Below are positions 25,196 through 38,743 of a stretch of 64,000 nt of DNA, in pieces. The stretch's first letter is position 1. Each line of letters opens with the position of its first letter. The translations under genes were made by a program, and so were the position numbers. The notes beneath the pieces are model-generated. The model was not told the origin of the DNA and did no database searches. It saw nothing but the letters and a program-made list of their open reading frames with translations. Location of the stretch: the NCBI RefSeq assembly GCF_006345805.1, contig NC_043009.1, forward strand, positions 60,884,001-60,948,000, in the 5' to 3' direction. The DNA is from Octopus sinensis (lineage: Eukaryota).

Positions 25196-25590
25196 TAATC
25201 CTTTCTACTATAGGCACAAGGCCTGCAATTTGGGGGAGGGGATAATCGATTTCATCGACCCTAGTGCGTAACTGGTACTTATTTCACCGATCCCGAAAGA
25301 ATGAAAAGCAGAGTCGACCTCAGCGGAATTTGAACTCAGAACGTAGCGACAGGCGAAATACCGCGAAGCATTTCGTTCAGCGCGCTAACGATTCTGCCAG
25401 CTTGCCGCCTTAATAATAACGGTTTCAAATTTTGCCTCAAGGGTAGCAATTTTGGGGGAAGAAATGAAACGATTATAACGACTCCAGCGTTCAACTGGTA
25501 CTTATTTTATCGACCCCAAAAGGACGAAAGATGAAGTCGACCTCGGCGGAATTTGAACTGAGAACGTAAAGCTGACGAAATGCCGCTAAT
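25196..25590 (-). mobile_element. two adjacent Meta-domain-type SINEs in a (TAA)n context
   Basis: gtcgacctc(a/g)gcggaatttgaact..agaacgta twice; taataataa flanks. Confidence 0.75.
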
Positions 25591-26899
25591 GAAGATAATA
25601 ATAATGATAAATCTCAAAAGAAAAGTAGCCTTGTAAGAACGGTCAGGATGCCCTCAGTTCAAAGCAAATGTTATGTCCCCACTTGCATGTTAAATTCCTG
25701 TAATTCACCCACATTTATAAAATATATTATACAAGTCTTCTTTTTGTAATCTCACCTGTCACTTCATGTGATAGCTAGAAAAGTGATGAGAATATGAGTT
25801 GTGTAAGTAAATAAGAACCTAATTTCATCCATCGAAGTGTTACATACACCATCGTATCACCAGTTCTGTCATCGCCGTTGGCTAATCGAGGCGACGTGAC
25901 AAGTTTCACGATGGATTTAATCAACAGCTGGACTCGATATAATGATAGCAGCTGTTCGTCATAAGACCACAAACAATACGCCAACACGGAACGAGTACGC
26001 AAAGGACAATTTCATTATATTTTCTGCGTCTCATGATCGCAGAATCATTTCAAGCATTTGGGCGGCAGACTTATTTCGTCAGTCAGTTTTATTTTACTGG
26101 GTCTTTGGGAGTCCTTAACAGAGTGCATTCCTTCAGCCTCACCGCTTACACATAAATTGCTAATTTAGAAATCACTTCTGGTTGCTTCTAAACTAGCAAG
26201 GACACTGACCTTAACTCAAGTTTCCGGTCTCATGTAAACACCTTTTCCTCCAGCACTTTCAGAGACCCTGGGCCTCAGAGCAAATGCACATCCTTAAACA
26301 TAATAACCCGAAACTTTCTAAACAATAGTTTCCACCATTTTCATTAAAAAACAGAAAAATAGGTTCGGCTTTAATCATATATATTCTTAATTATTATAAT
26401 AAGTAGATTAAGTCAAACCCAATTTTGCAGAAATAGCTTCCTCTTTGGGTAATTTTTAAAATTCTAAAACGTTAATTCATCCTCCACTTTAGGAGGAACC
26501 AAACCAAATTCGAACAACTTAAACGGATCTTCGACCCAAGAAACTGAAACATGACAAATCAATTTGTCATGGTTAAATTTTAGCACGTTATCCTATTGTT
26601 AAATGCACACTACCGCGATTTCTGATAACATCATTTTACCTTAGTAAATATCATTTTATATTGTAGTTCAAGCGTATGAGGATGTTCATCTCTGTTTTTG
26701 CCGAATTCTTCCATCTTTCAATCCCAACAGTTCTGTAACACTCATACAAAGAAAGCACTCAATTTTGCTGCATGTTTTGCACCCAGTACCGAATTTACTA
26801 TTGTGTTTAGGTGTGTTTCAACACAGGACCCCATTGACCAGTGAGAGTTCATCTTCCTGCCCCGCCAAATTTTTTACATTGAATTTTCTGAGCATGTAT

Positions 26900-27750
26900 G
26901 CCTGGCTGTCCAAGTAAGGGGCATCGTAACTAGCACTGGGCTTCATTTGTCCTAAATCCAGCACTGTTTACAACCATCCAATCCCACACAGCACACACAA
27001 GATAAATCTCCTTAAAAGCTATCTAGTTCTGTTCTACCACACTTACCGCAGCCTACACAAACATATTAAGTGCTAAATCACTTCCGATCACTTCAAAATT
27101 AATACGGCCACTGGACCTGATAATGTCCCGTCCCTCAAACTATGGACATAAGAACTCATATCCTCACCAAACACCGCAATCTCTCTTATTCACTCACTCT
27201 CACTTTTCTGGTTCTATCTCGCTATAGTGTATTCTATTTTCATTTCTGAGTAAAGCATCCCCTATGATTCCGTTTACTATCGTTTCATCGCACTCACTTT
27301 CAACATCTCTAAGTCGATGGAGACAGTTACTAACAACCATTTTCTTACACCTCGAAATCCCTTTCCAGCTATAATGATCACCAATACAGCTTCTTTATTT
27401 GAGACCCATTCTCCGATGCCACTCATCAGTGGGTCCTTACCCTCAAGAAATTTGATGCAAATAGTTTTGTTGCATTTGAGCGTACATTGCCAGATTGTGA
27501 GACTGGGAGAAGAGGCCACATTGTAAGACTGGTCTAGAACGCTGAATATCTGGCACCGGCCTCCGACCTCGATAGAGTCCGAATAAAGTACCCCTTCTTT
27601 TCTGGTACAACGGCTCTCTGGGATTCCCCACTTGCCTGTGATTTTTTGCAGTCATCTACTTGCAATTGTTCAAAAGGAACATTAACTATTTCAATCTCAA
27701 GGGTTGCAGAAGGCCTACGCGAGTAATGGTGCATACTCCTTCCTTCTTGG
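26900..27750 (+). pseudogene. heavily decayed Jockey/L2/CR1-like LINE reverse transcriptase
   Basis: KINTATGPDNVP (cf. KxxGPDxIP), YRFIALTFNISKSMETVTNN (cf. YRPISLTSxxSKxME), HQWVLTLKKF; many frameshifts. Confidence 0.65.
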
Positions 27751-28539
27751 CCAAATAAATAACCTATTCGTTGTTGCTTCGCCCAAAGTCATTTCAGCTC
27801 GAGCAGAGATGATTGAAGGCATTCCAACTATCACCTTTATGTTTATTTTTTGCTAGATATAGTATATCTCAGACTATATTATTCAATTTGTCCTCTCCTT
27901 TCTAACTTCTTAGACTATAGATTGCAGGAATTTAGTTGCTATTTCTCGTATATCAAGCAACCACAGAGAAGTTCCTTTGTTGATTAGCTGAGCCAATATA
28001 AAGAGCAGTGATACAGCAAATACCTCTCTTGGTTCCAGTAAACGATATCGAACTGATCCTGCAACAGAACGTAGAAAGCCAACATCTGGCGAGTTTAAAA
28101 TGCTTACTCATGATAGCAAGTCACGTACAAAATAAATCAAAAGAACTGAATTGATCAGGATATCAGACGAAATATGCGGTCATCTCAGACTCCAACATCT
28201 GGGAGTGTTACTCAAATTCTTAACAACTTAAACGAAATTTCGTAATCCAACTAACTGGAAATCTCCGTTTTAAAGTGAACAGGAGAGATCAGTCTCGGAT
28301 TATAGGAAAATGGAGCGGCGAAGACGAGAAGGTCAGGTGGCTTTATGATGTCAAATGAACTGGCCAGAAAGATTTAGAATTTTGTCAGATAACAGATTTA
28401 TTTGCTGACATACATAATGATACATACAATAGGTTCCTTGTGCATAAGTTAATTGTAGTTTTTCAATTGCGCTTTCATTTGGTGTAAAATGGGTTGATCG
28501 CAGGATGATAAGAGAAACTGTTAGAGGAGGACCTTGAGA

Positions 28540-28790
28540 AGGGAAACACAGTGTAGGGCTGAGGTAAGAAGGTCACATTATAGGACTGGAAGAGGGAAGT
28601 ACATTGTAGAACTGGGAGAAGAGGAAACGGTCAAGAGCAAGCACATAATAAGACTGGGCGAAGAGAGTCACATTAAAGGACTGGAAGAAAGTGGCACACG
28701 TCGTATGACTGGAATAAGGATGGCCACATTGTAACGCGGGGAGGAGAGATCACATTGTATGTATAATAGGGCGAATAGGACTGGTTAAGA
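28540..28790. repeat. degenerate ~25-bp minisatellite (cacattgtaagactgggagaagagg-like)
   Basis: About 8 diverged units; 1.5 similar units also at 27495-27535. Confidence 0.7.
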
Positions 28791-31396
28791 GCGTAGAATA
28801 TCTAGTAAGGTCCCGACCGAGTAAAATACCCGATTTGCCTCATGGTAGACACAAGACATTAGATTTATAGACATCGTGCCTTCGTAAATACAATAACAAA
28901 ATTTGCGAAGAGTCAAGACAAACACCTAATATATTACTGATATCAAATTTCTAAGTTTAAGACCTTCATAAGTATGAAACGGTAGTAAAATTATTTGAAA
29001 ATAGCAGAACTTTAAATTCAGCGTAAAATTATCAGAACTGGCAAGGGCTTCAACAGATTCCTTATTACTTTAAGAATCAGTAAATTAAATCCTCTTAAGG
29101 GCGACTAAGGATTTTAACTTTCTGTAGTCGATAAAGCATGTAAGAATATATAGGCGTAGCCAGGATTTCGATGACAGAGTTTCGATGATTAAATGGGTCC
29201 ACCATTAACCGTGTTATTTTACAAAACGTATAAAATTATATTCGTATGGGGCTGCGGGGGGATTAGAGTCGGATTCGTCCGGACTTGTCAAAACTGCCCC
29301 TAAGCCATCTAATTACGAGTGTCTAATGTAACTTGAGTTTATTTTTCTTTGCGGGGTAGGGGAAATGTCAAGAATATTATATAAGCGATTATTTTTCACA
29401 TCGGTTAAAGTAGCACAGTTGCGGCTGCTGCCATTGTGTAACGGACGTAGTAACGACCTAAATTCAAATTTCAAATACAGTCTCCAACAAACGTCTTATG
29501 TCACTAATCCCTTCTCTTTAAAAAATATCCAATTTCGTACCACAGTATTGAATAAACCAATGAGAGTAGTCATTGAAATAGCAACTAAATTTCCCTCAAG
29601 CTATACTACCGCCTGAAAAAATAAAAATACAATAAGGAAGTCTGGGGTACAAACAAATATTGAAAAAAATAAAAGTAAACGATAGTGTGGTCATAACTTG
29701 GAATACTTTTGATCATAGGTCGACTGGTTTGGCCTAGGGCTAAACGAAAAACATTAACTTTTCGATGAATTCGATCAACTAAGTCTGCGAAACAGTTTCG
29801 TTTTCAGTTGAATCGAGTTTAATACATTGTTAACGTCCTTAAGGAATTTATGACTAACTCAAATTCACTTCCTATTCATTCCCATTTAAAGATTTTATAT
29901 ATGCATTCTTCTTGCATATAAAAAAATCGTTACAATTACAATAATGCTTTTTAGTTTCTCTTTTAATCCTCTCCCACAGCAATCCTGTTTCCTTATAGAG
30001 AAATACGAGTTACACTTATTTTTAAAGATTTTTTTTGTCTTACACTTCATGAACATTTTAATAATTAAAAGAAAAAAAATCTTTGAATATAGTTCAAATG
30101 AATTTTAGGGAAACTTTAGCCCATTATTTAAATTAAGGATATTTTCACTTACAAACTATAGAATTTTTTCAAGAAAGCCAAGAGAAAAAGATGTTTTATG
30201 TAACACATTCTACCAGTATACGAAGTTTAAAACTTTTTAGTTACCTAGAAATTATGTTACAAACTGCCGTTCAAAAGGAAAAGATCCCGAAGTTTAAAAG
30301 TGTTTAGTTACAAAGAAATTATTTTTTAAATGTGCTGGTCAAAGTGAAAAGATCCTAAATTAATTCAAGTTTCCTAGAAAACCAGTCAAACTTTATTTTA
30401 TTAAAGAAGTAACCATGAAATTTAACCAGTTCCCCCTCCTCTCTATCTTCGTCATTGCTATAAATAACTTCAATGAGTTTTAAGGAAATGGATAGATAAG
30501 TTGATAAATAGATAGGGAAAGCCAAAAAGGAAAAAATGATGAAATGAGATGGTTTTCGGTGTGTGAGGAGGGAGAGAGACGGACAGACAGAAAGAGAAAG
30601 AAAGTGTGTGTGTGTGTGAATGGGAGTATGTGCGTACATATGTGTGTATGTGTAGGAGTGTATGTGCGTGTAGGTGAATGTATGAATATGTGTGTATGTA
30701 TAAGTAGGTGTGAGTGAATGTGTGTACGTGCTTGATTATATGTGTGTTATGGGAGTGAATATGTGTTTGTGTGGAAGTAAAATAATTTTCTAAATAGTTT
30801 ATGTAGCTCAGTTATTTTATAAGAAGTAAATCTTTTCACTAAATTCACTGAACTGTTGAGTGTAACGGAAAAACTATTTTATGATATTTACTGATAGAGA
30901 AATAACAAAATTCTATTTGAGAAAAAGAAAATACCACCCAAGTTTGTGTGATGGGAGGATAGGTTTCGAATCCTTCTTTCTTCTGAGAAAAGCCCAACCC
31001 GAAACATCTGAACACATCTATTTTCTTGACCCACGAATTTAACAAATTTCTTTCCTCCGATTCAAGGTTTTCTGTTGTTTTTTTTTAACCTCTAAAATTT
31101 TAATTGTCAGGAATTGTGTTTGAAAGGTTAGAGTATAAAACGTTTTATTTTCAATGTTAGAGATAAAAAAAAATTGCTATCTATTTTATATTTAGGCCAA
31201 TATCATAAGTGATAAAGTTCTGAAAATCTGATGCAATTACGGTAAAAGATAATTAGAAGTAGAACTCAAGAACTAAAAATAATTCGCTCGGTACCTCCCA
31301 ACTCTCAGTTATTCAAAGTATTTATGAGAAAATGAATTGAACGAAAATCATCAAATGTTAGGGAAAGGGTTATTTCGTGGATAGAACGAAAAGTCA

Positions 31397-31454
<58 letters not shown>

Positions 31455-33552
31455 TTTAACACCTGTAGGCGCAAGTATAGTTGTGTGGTTACGAAGCTTG
31501 CTTCTCCAGCCATATGGTCTTGGGTTCAATCCCACTGCACAACACTGGGCAAAAGTCTTCTACTTGTGTATATTGGTACACTTACGTCCTCATAACTTAT
31601 TTGTTCAGCAAAAGAGAGGGATAGAATAAATATCAGGCTTTAAAAAGTAAGGACTGGGGTTGATTTATTTGACCAACATCACCTCCCAAGATTTTTTTTT
31701 TTTTTTTGCTTAGGGCAACAAAGATGGAAAGTTCTCGTGGTCTTTACATCCGCAGCACAGACTAATGAGTCTGATGCTTAAATGTTTATAGATTGAGATC
31801 AGAAATATGTTCTCGTCTTGTACCCAGAGTCACTATAAGCGTTAAGTCTGAAATTTTTTAATAAAAAGACGAGGAGAAACCGTGAAATTTGTCCTTCACA
31901 AAGACTTAACTAAATCATCATCATCATTTTAATGTCTAGTTTTCCATGTTCACTTGGCTTACAGAAAATTTATTAAGGAGGATTTCCTACAGTCCAGATA
32001 AGATCACCTTATCAGGCAATGTTAAGATAAGGTGACAATAATGCACACACACACACACACAAACACACACATATGAGGTGGAGGCATGTGGCCTAGTGGT
32101 TAAGATGTTGAAATCATGATTGTGAGATTGTGGGTTCAGTTCCTGGACTGGGCAATGCATTGTGTTCCTGAGCAAATTACTTTTCATTTCAAATTACTCC
32201 AGTTCACTCAGCTGGCAAAAGAGAGTATCCTTGTGACAGACTAGCATCCTATCCAGTGGCATAAATATATATACACCATGGAAATGGGGAAACTGACCCT
32301 TATGGGTCCATAGGGCTCGAGAAGGGTGTTTTATCCTTTTATTTATACATGAGAAGTTTCTTTCAGTTTCTGTCTACCAAATTCACTCACAAGGCTTTGG
32401 TTGGTCTGAGACTATAAGAGAAGACACTTGCCCAAGGTGCCATGAAATGGGGCTGAACCTGAAACCATGTGATTGAGAAGCAAACTTCTTATGACATAGC
32501 CAAGCCTCGACCGCGCGATGCATTGTGTTATTGAGCAAAACACTTCATTTCACGTTGCTCCAATCCACTCAGCTGGCAAAAATGAGTAACGCTGCGATGG
32601 ACTTGCGTCCTGTCATACTGGGGAACACATACGCCACAGAAACCGGAAAACCGGTCCCATGAGCCTGGTTAGGCTTTAAAAGGACGTGTTTATTTATTAT
32701 TTTTTTTATAGTGTTGATAAGAACACATGAACTCTGATGCTAACTGTTGAATTGACTATTAAAAATGTAGTGTTGATACAAGCAATTTAAATACAAGAAT
32801 GATGTTGGATAAATATTTTTTAACTGCTAATATTCATATGTAAATCACATTAGACATTACAAACATCAATTTGCAATAGAAACAATCTCTTGACAGGTGA
32901 CAGTATAATCAATTAATAAAGGGGGAAATACCAAGAAACCAGTACTGATCAGCAAACAGTTTGTTCACTGAAATAATAAACAAAGCCAGTGGTTATAGTA
33001 ACTAGGTACATGATGAGAACATATTTCTGCTCTCAATCTATAAACATTTCAGTATCAGACTCGCTAGTTTAGGCTCGAAGATCTGGGTACTTCTGGTTGA
33101 AGAGATACATGGCAAGACATTTTTGGTCCCAGAATCCCTTGCACCAATGAGCTGAGAGTGTTGTGAACACATTGTTGTAAATGGGAGATGTTATTCTCCA
33201 GGGATATACACAACAGTGACCAGCAATAGTTGCATTTGAATCTGCCAAAATATATTAAGAATATGCAAATCATTGTTTCAAGTTTTACTGTTCACAGAGC
33301 AAATACCATTTCTTTTTTTTTTTTTTTTTTTACCTAGGGGCATGCTCTGAAGTAAAACTAAATATTAAGATCAGTGCTATAATACTTCGAGTAACACATC
33401 GAAAATTTTACATTAAATCACACCCAAGGTGAGGAGAAAGAAGATTAGCTTAATGATAAATTCTCATTAAGAAAAACAAGGGAGGTGATCCCTAAATCTC
33501 TAATTAAATTTTTAAAAGTACAATGAGGCTAATGCAGTGTTGTTGTGGAGTA

Positions 33553-34037
33553 CTGTAAATCCTCGAGTATAGTTCACCCTTGAGTATAATACGCAGGGGA
33601 TTTTTAAGGGGCTGTACCTCTGAAAAACCTTGTGTATAATACGCACCCCTTCTCTAACTTGAGTCAAGAAGATCTATATAACGTCCTTGGTTTGTAAAAA
33701 TGTATACGGTAACATCCTTTATTATTATTGTATACATAACATAATGCAAACGTGTAGCATTTTTGTGCATTTTTGTTTGCAGAAAATAAAGAAATAACAG
33801 TAATAACGTTTAATAAATGTTGCTTACTGCAAGTTATGGATGATTCTTTTATGACTTCATTGCTTTCAGGCTTAGCTTGAGGTATTTTCGCGCCCGACAT
33901 CACAAAATGCGTCTGAATAAACATTGCCGGACAGCAAATAGAGACTCGGACATTTTAACCTCGTATATAGTATGCACTAGGGATTTTGACCTTTAAATTT
34001 CGGGAAAAAAATGCGGATTATACTCGAGGATTTACGG
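33553..34037. mobile_element. pogo/Tigger-type MITE, second copy, opposite orientation
   Basis: Reverse complement of 10489-10986; TA-ctgtaaatcctcgagtata ... tatactcgaggatttacgg-TA. Confidence 0.85.
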
Positions 34038-35513
34038 TATGTTTTTCTTACTGAAACCAATTATTTTCTCACCTCACTACATGTGCAATTAAAATTTCTT
34101 GGTTCACTTCACCAAATACGTTAACACCAATCTTACTAATTGGTTATTTCTCAACTACTTAATTAGTGAAATATAAAATAAAGTAAGACCTGTTTTACAG
34201 CTATGCATACTCTTTTACTCTTTTATTTGTTTCAGTCATTTGACTGTGGCCAAGCTGGAGCACTGCCTCTAGTCGAACTAATCGAACCCAGAATTTATTC
34301 TTTGTAAGCCTAGTATTTATTCAATCAGTCTCTTTTGCTGAACTGCTAAGTTACGGGGTCGTAGACACACCGACATCGGTGTCAAGCGATGGAGGAGGGA
34401 CAAACACAGACACACAAACATGACAGGCTTCTTTCAGTTTCTGTCTACCAAATCCACTCACAAGGCTTTGGTTGGCCTGAAGCTATAGCAGAAGCACTTG
34501 CCTAAGGTGCCACGCAGTGGGACTGAACCCAGAACCATGTGGTTGGTAAGCAAGCTACTTACAACACAGCCACTCCTGTGCCTATACTGGTAATATCAAT
34601 GTATTGCTGATGCAATGATTATAAATGTTGCAGTTACGACCAGCCCATCTAATGTTTCCAGATCACATTATGCAACCTGACTTTCCTTTTTTTAAAATGG
34701 TTGAATGTACAAATAACTTGGAGTAATATTATTACTTGACAGGAAAACTCTTCATGTCAAGCAGCTACTTTGCTGCATTGAGAGATTACAGCTGCAGTTC
34801 TTGGGTTAGAATGATGCAAAAATGGATTGGAAGATAGATTCTTCAAGCTGAGCCAATGGCTGAATTTTACACATGGATCCATTATCAAAGGTATACAGTC
34901 TCTTGTCTTGGGTGATTTTCACCTGCCAAGTTTTGCCCCCATAATTAGAGTAAACAGTACATTACTGTTGCAGAAGCTCATCTTTGTCCTTAAGTATAAC
35001 CTTTTGCTCCTCCAGATCTTTTCAAGTTTGGATGAATGCAGCTGAGATGGTTGGATTACTTCCATAGTCTCAGTTAGTCAGGCTTGGGAATCCAGCAGGA
35101 AGGCGTAATGATGGCTGCTTCTGATAGGACCCTAGGGATGGGGTGTCTGAGGACCCATCCCCAACATTCTACCAGGAATAGTGGGTTGGGAAAATGGATG
35201 GATGGATGGAATTTGAGGGAGATTAGGAGTAACATTACTTGATAGGAAATCTCATTAAGTCAAGCTGCCTTAAGAGATTGTAGCTGAAGGAGATTTGATT
35301 GCTAATTCTAGCAGGCTGGGAAACCACATAAGGGTGCCATTGTTGCCTCGACTAGTGTATTGGCTCTTGTTTAGGTGGCAAAATTTCATGACGGAGAGTA
35401 GGCTGAACAAGTAGACTATATAATTAGTACAGTAATACCTCTACAGGTCTCTGAGTCATATAGACAAGAACAGAAAAATAATTAGAGCAAAACAGGAAAT
35501 TTTTAGAGTTTGA

Positions 35514-35546
<33 letters not shown>

Positions 35547-35548
<2 letters not shown>

Positions 35549-36120
35549 CACTACAATGTCAGCACTCCTGCTTACAGGTATGAACATCATACTGAGCCGG
35601 TTGTTGAAGATAAAAATATTACTATCCTCTGGAATTTTCCAGTCAACAGACAGAACGAGTCAGGCTAATTGACCAGACATAATTATTGAAGACAGGGAAG
35701 AAAATACTTGTAGATTAATAGATGTAAGTGTTCCCATTGATAAAAATATATCTGTTAAGGAATTTGACAAACTAAGAAAATACAAGGACCTGGAAACTGA
35801 AGTATAAAAGATATGGCATCTTAAAACAAGAATTGTTCCTGTTATTGTAGGTGCCCTAGGTATGATAAAAAAGGGATGTCAAAAACATCTAGATAAGATC
35901 CCAGGAGAACCATGTCTCAGAGAAATTCAAAAGCCTGTACTGACAAGTACTACCCATATCCTTAGAAAAACCCCAACCCATTTAAATGTCTGTGTTTGTA
36001 TTACATGAAGAAAACGTTGTTCTAGGAGTGTACACAGAATGTGTACTACAGCAATACTATGCCTAGCTTAAATACTGAGATTGAAAAGCAGTGGTGAATT
36101 ATGCCTACCTAATCTACAAA
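35547..36120 (+). pseudogene. R4/Dong-clade non-LTR retrotransposon 3' fragment (restriction-like endonuclease)
   Basis: YEHHTEPVVEDKNITILWNF...AN*PDIII...IDVSVP...KLRKYKDL...IVPVIVGALG; starts directly after (TAA)n at 35514-35544. Confidence 0.8.
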
Positions 36121-36952
36121 AAAAATTAAATGTTTTGCATTTTATGCAGAATAATCAGAGTAAACTTCATAATTTTATTGAATTAGGTGCATATTTTGCC
36201 AGTAAAGGAAAATGTTACTATCGATCTATTTTATTCAGGGTAGACACAGCCTACCTTGCCTACCCAGGCAGCACATCCCTGATACATGCATGCATACATA
36301 CATACATAAACAGCAGATAGAATTGATCAGAGATTTAGTGAAAATTTGAAAAAGCATTTCAAGGATTCTCTATTTGAGCTTCCGGGGTGAACATTTGCAC
36401 ACAATCACATAGACATATTGAATACATTTAGACACACACACACATAAGCATTAATGAAACATGCACACTTGTGTTCTGTGGTGATATACACACAACCACA
36501 AATGCAAGTTTATCCATCCACAAACACACACACAGGCCTGACATTCACAAATATATGCATACATGAGCTAATTAAGGGCTATCTTGATTTGAAAAAAAAG
36601 GAGCTTTGCTACTTTGTTAGGGAGCAGCTTGAATTATGCAGCAGACATGGCAGTGTGGTAAGAAGCTTGCTTTCCAGTCACAGGATTCTAGGTTCAGTCC
36701 CAGTGCATGGTAACTTGGGCAAGTGTCTTCTACTATAGCATTGGGCCGACTAAAGCCTTGAGAGTGGATTTGGTTGACGGAAACTGAAAGAAGCCTGACG
36801 CGTGTATGTGTGTTTGTACATCCCCCAGCACCACTAGACAACTGGTGTAAGAGCATTTATGTCACTGGAATTTACTTGTCTGGCAAAAGAGACTGATTAG
36901 AATAAGCACCAGGCTTACAGAAAAAAACAAAAAGAAAGGAACTGGGTTTACT

Positions 36953-37335
36953 CTCTTTTACTTGTTTCAGTCATTTGACTGCAGCCATGCTGGAGCACGC
37001 CTTTAGTCGAGCAAATCAACCCTGGGACTTATTCTTTGTAAGCCCAGTACTTATTCTATCGGTCTCTTTTGCCGAACCGCTAAGTGACGGGGACGTAAAC
37101 ACACCAGCAATTCTAGGGGGACAAAAACAGACACACAAACATATACACACACATACACACACATATATATATATATATATACATATATACGACAGGCTTC
37201 TTTCAGTTTCCGTCAACCAAATCCAAATCCGCTCACAAGGCATTGGTCGGCCCGAGGCTATAACAGAAGACACTTGCCCAAGATGCCACACAGTAGGACT
37301 GAACCCGGAACCATGTGGTTGGTGAGCAAGCTACT
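36953..37335 (-). mobile_element. family A SINE nested in the tail of an oppositely oriented SINE
   Basis: Near-identical to 6040-6421; short gggttt duplication at the junctions. Confidence 0.8.
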
Positions 37336-37997
37336 TACCACACAGCCACTCCTGCGGGTTTGATTCGTTTGACTAAAAAACTTCTTCAAGGCAGTGCCCA
37401 CCATGGCTGCAGTCTAATGAGTAAAAGATAGAAGGTAACTATGAAAAAAAAAAGACTTTAAATAGATAAGAAATAAAGAAATGAAGAAAGAAAGAAAGAA
37501 AACAAGGAAGGAAGAAAAACAACAGATACACACACACACACGCACATACACACACATTTGAAGGGCATTCAACTATGAAATCCTGCCAAGAATAGAAGAT
37601 ATGAATGAGGAGGGCAGTAATATCAGAAAAGAATAAATTTGGACTGTGACAAACTGTCCAACCAATCTCAGCATGGGAAATAGGCCATAAAATGATAATG
37701 ATGATGGTGGTGGTAGTGGTGGTAGTGGTGGTGGTGATGGTGGCATTTATAACTGAAGAAGTGGTATGATTAGATCTCAGGATGTTGAACTTAAAAAAGA
37801 TAACAGATGTTAAGTTGAATAGCAACATACTGTGCTTCATATTTGTTCAACTGTTGAGGGCACGAAAAGATCAGTATTAAAATGATGATGATGATGATGT
37901 CTATATACCTGAAGATAGCAAGCATTGCTGTGTGGTAGTGAAGTTCGCTTCCCAACCACATGGCTTGAGGTTCAGTCCCACTGCATGACACCATGCA

Positions 37998-38227
37998 GAA
38001 GAAGAAGAAGAAGAAGAAGAAGAAGAAGAAGAAGAAGAAGAAGAAGAAGGAGAAGTAGAAGAAGAAGAAGAAGAAGAAGGAGGAGGAGGAAGGAAAGAAG
38101 AAGAAGGAGAAGAAGAAGAAGAAGGACAAAGAAGAAGAAGGACAAAGAAGAAGGAGGAGGAGGAAGGAAAGAAGAAGAAGAGAAGAGAAGAAGAAGAAGG
38201 ACAAAGAAGAAGAAGAAGAAGAAGAAT
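37998..38227. repeat. (GAA)n/(GGA)n polypurine tract
   Basis: Directly visible; explains the poly-Arg and poly-Phe pseudo-ORFs. Confidence 0.95.
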
Positions 38228-38743
38228 CTTGATTTATAATTGTATTGAACTCTATCAAGTTATACATCATGATAACTCTTTACTGTTGCTTAGCCTCAAG
38301 CAGAGGAGTCCTCAGGGGGTATTCTTGCCATGAACCACCCGACATTGTTAGGGGTATTTCAGACTGGATTACAGAATTTGTTTCTTTTTCTATTTAAAAT
38401 TGCAGAGTGTGATTTTTTCTAGGGAAATCTGACTACTCTTTCTAACAAGTCAAATGACAGTGTAGAAATTCTCTCGTTGGCTACTAGAGAGTTAATTAAT
38501 AGATATATCTAATTAAAGTAATTGCTACTTTGAAATGACAACGTGTTTTGATTGTTGTTGATTACTGCCATGATCAAATAACAAGTTTATCTATATACTT
38601 ACTCGATATTGTATTATTGACTGATTTAACTGTTTAGCATTAAAACCAGCCATGTTTGGCCTAAATATTCTACCTGGTTTATGTTCAAACCATCAAGATG
38701 CAACCTCTCACACCTACCCTAAGATGTCCTTCTAAAAATAACC

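Noticed and set aside
25775-26400. CpG-rich stretch with a DEQLL-containing ORF as a possible piggyBac transposase
   Set aside because: Only a 5-residue resemblance; the flanking residues do not fit and all frames close quickly.
27270-27430. CTGATGA ... GAAACGATAGTA on the minus strand as a hammerhead
   Set aside because: About 140 nt apart with no stem II or palindromic stem III, and it lies inside LINE RT homology.
28000-28330. Coding-looking segment with ~45-50 codon open frames
   Set aside because: No in-frame splice sites and no recognisable motif.
33338-33428. Plus-strand exon candidate (poly-T acceptor, AAG|GTGAGG donor, one open frame)
   Set aside because: The acceptor derives from a poly-T tract, the peptide is unrecognised, and no other plus-strand exon supports it.
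37791-38270. Poly-Arg and poly-Phe/Ser ORFs
   Set aside because: Translations of the GAA tract.
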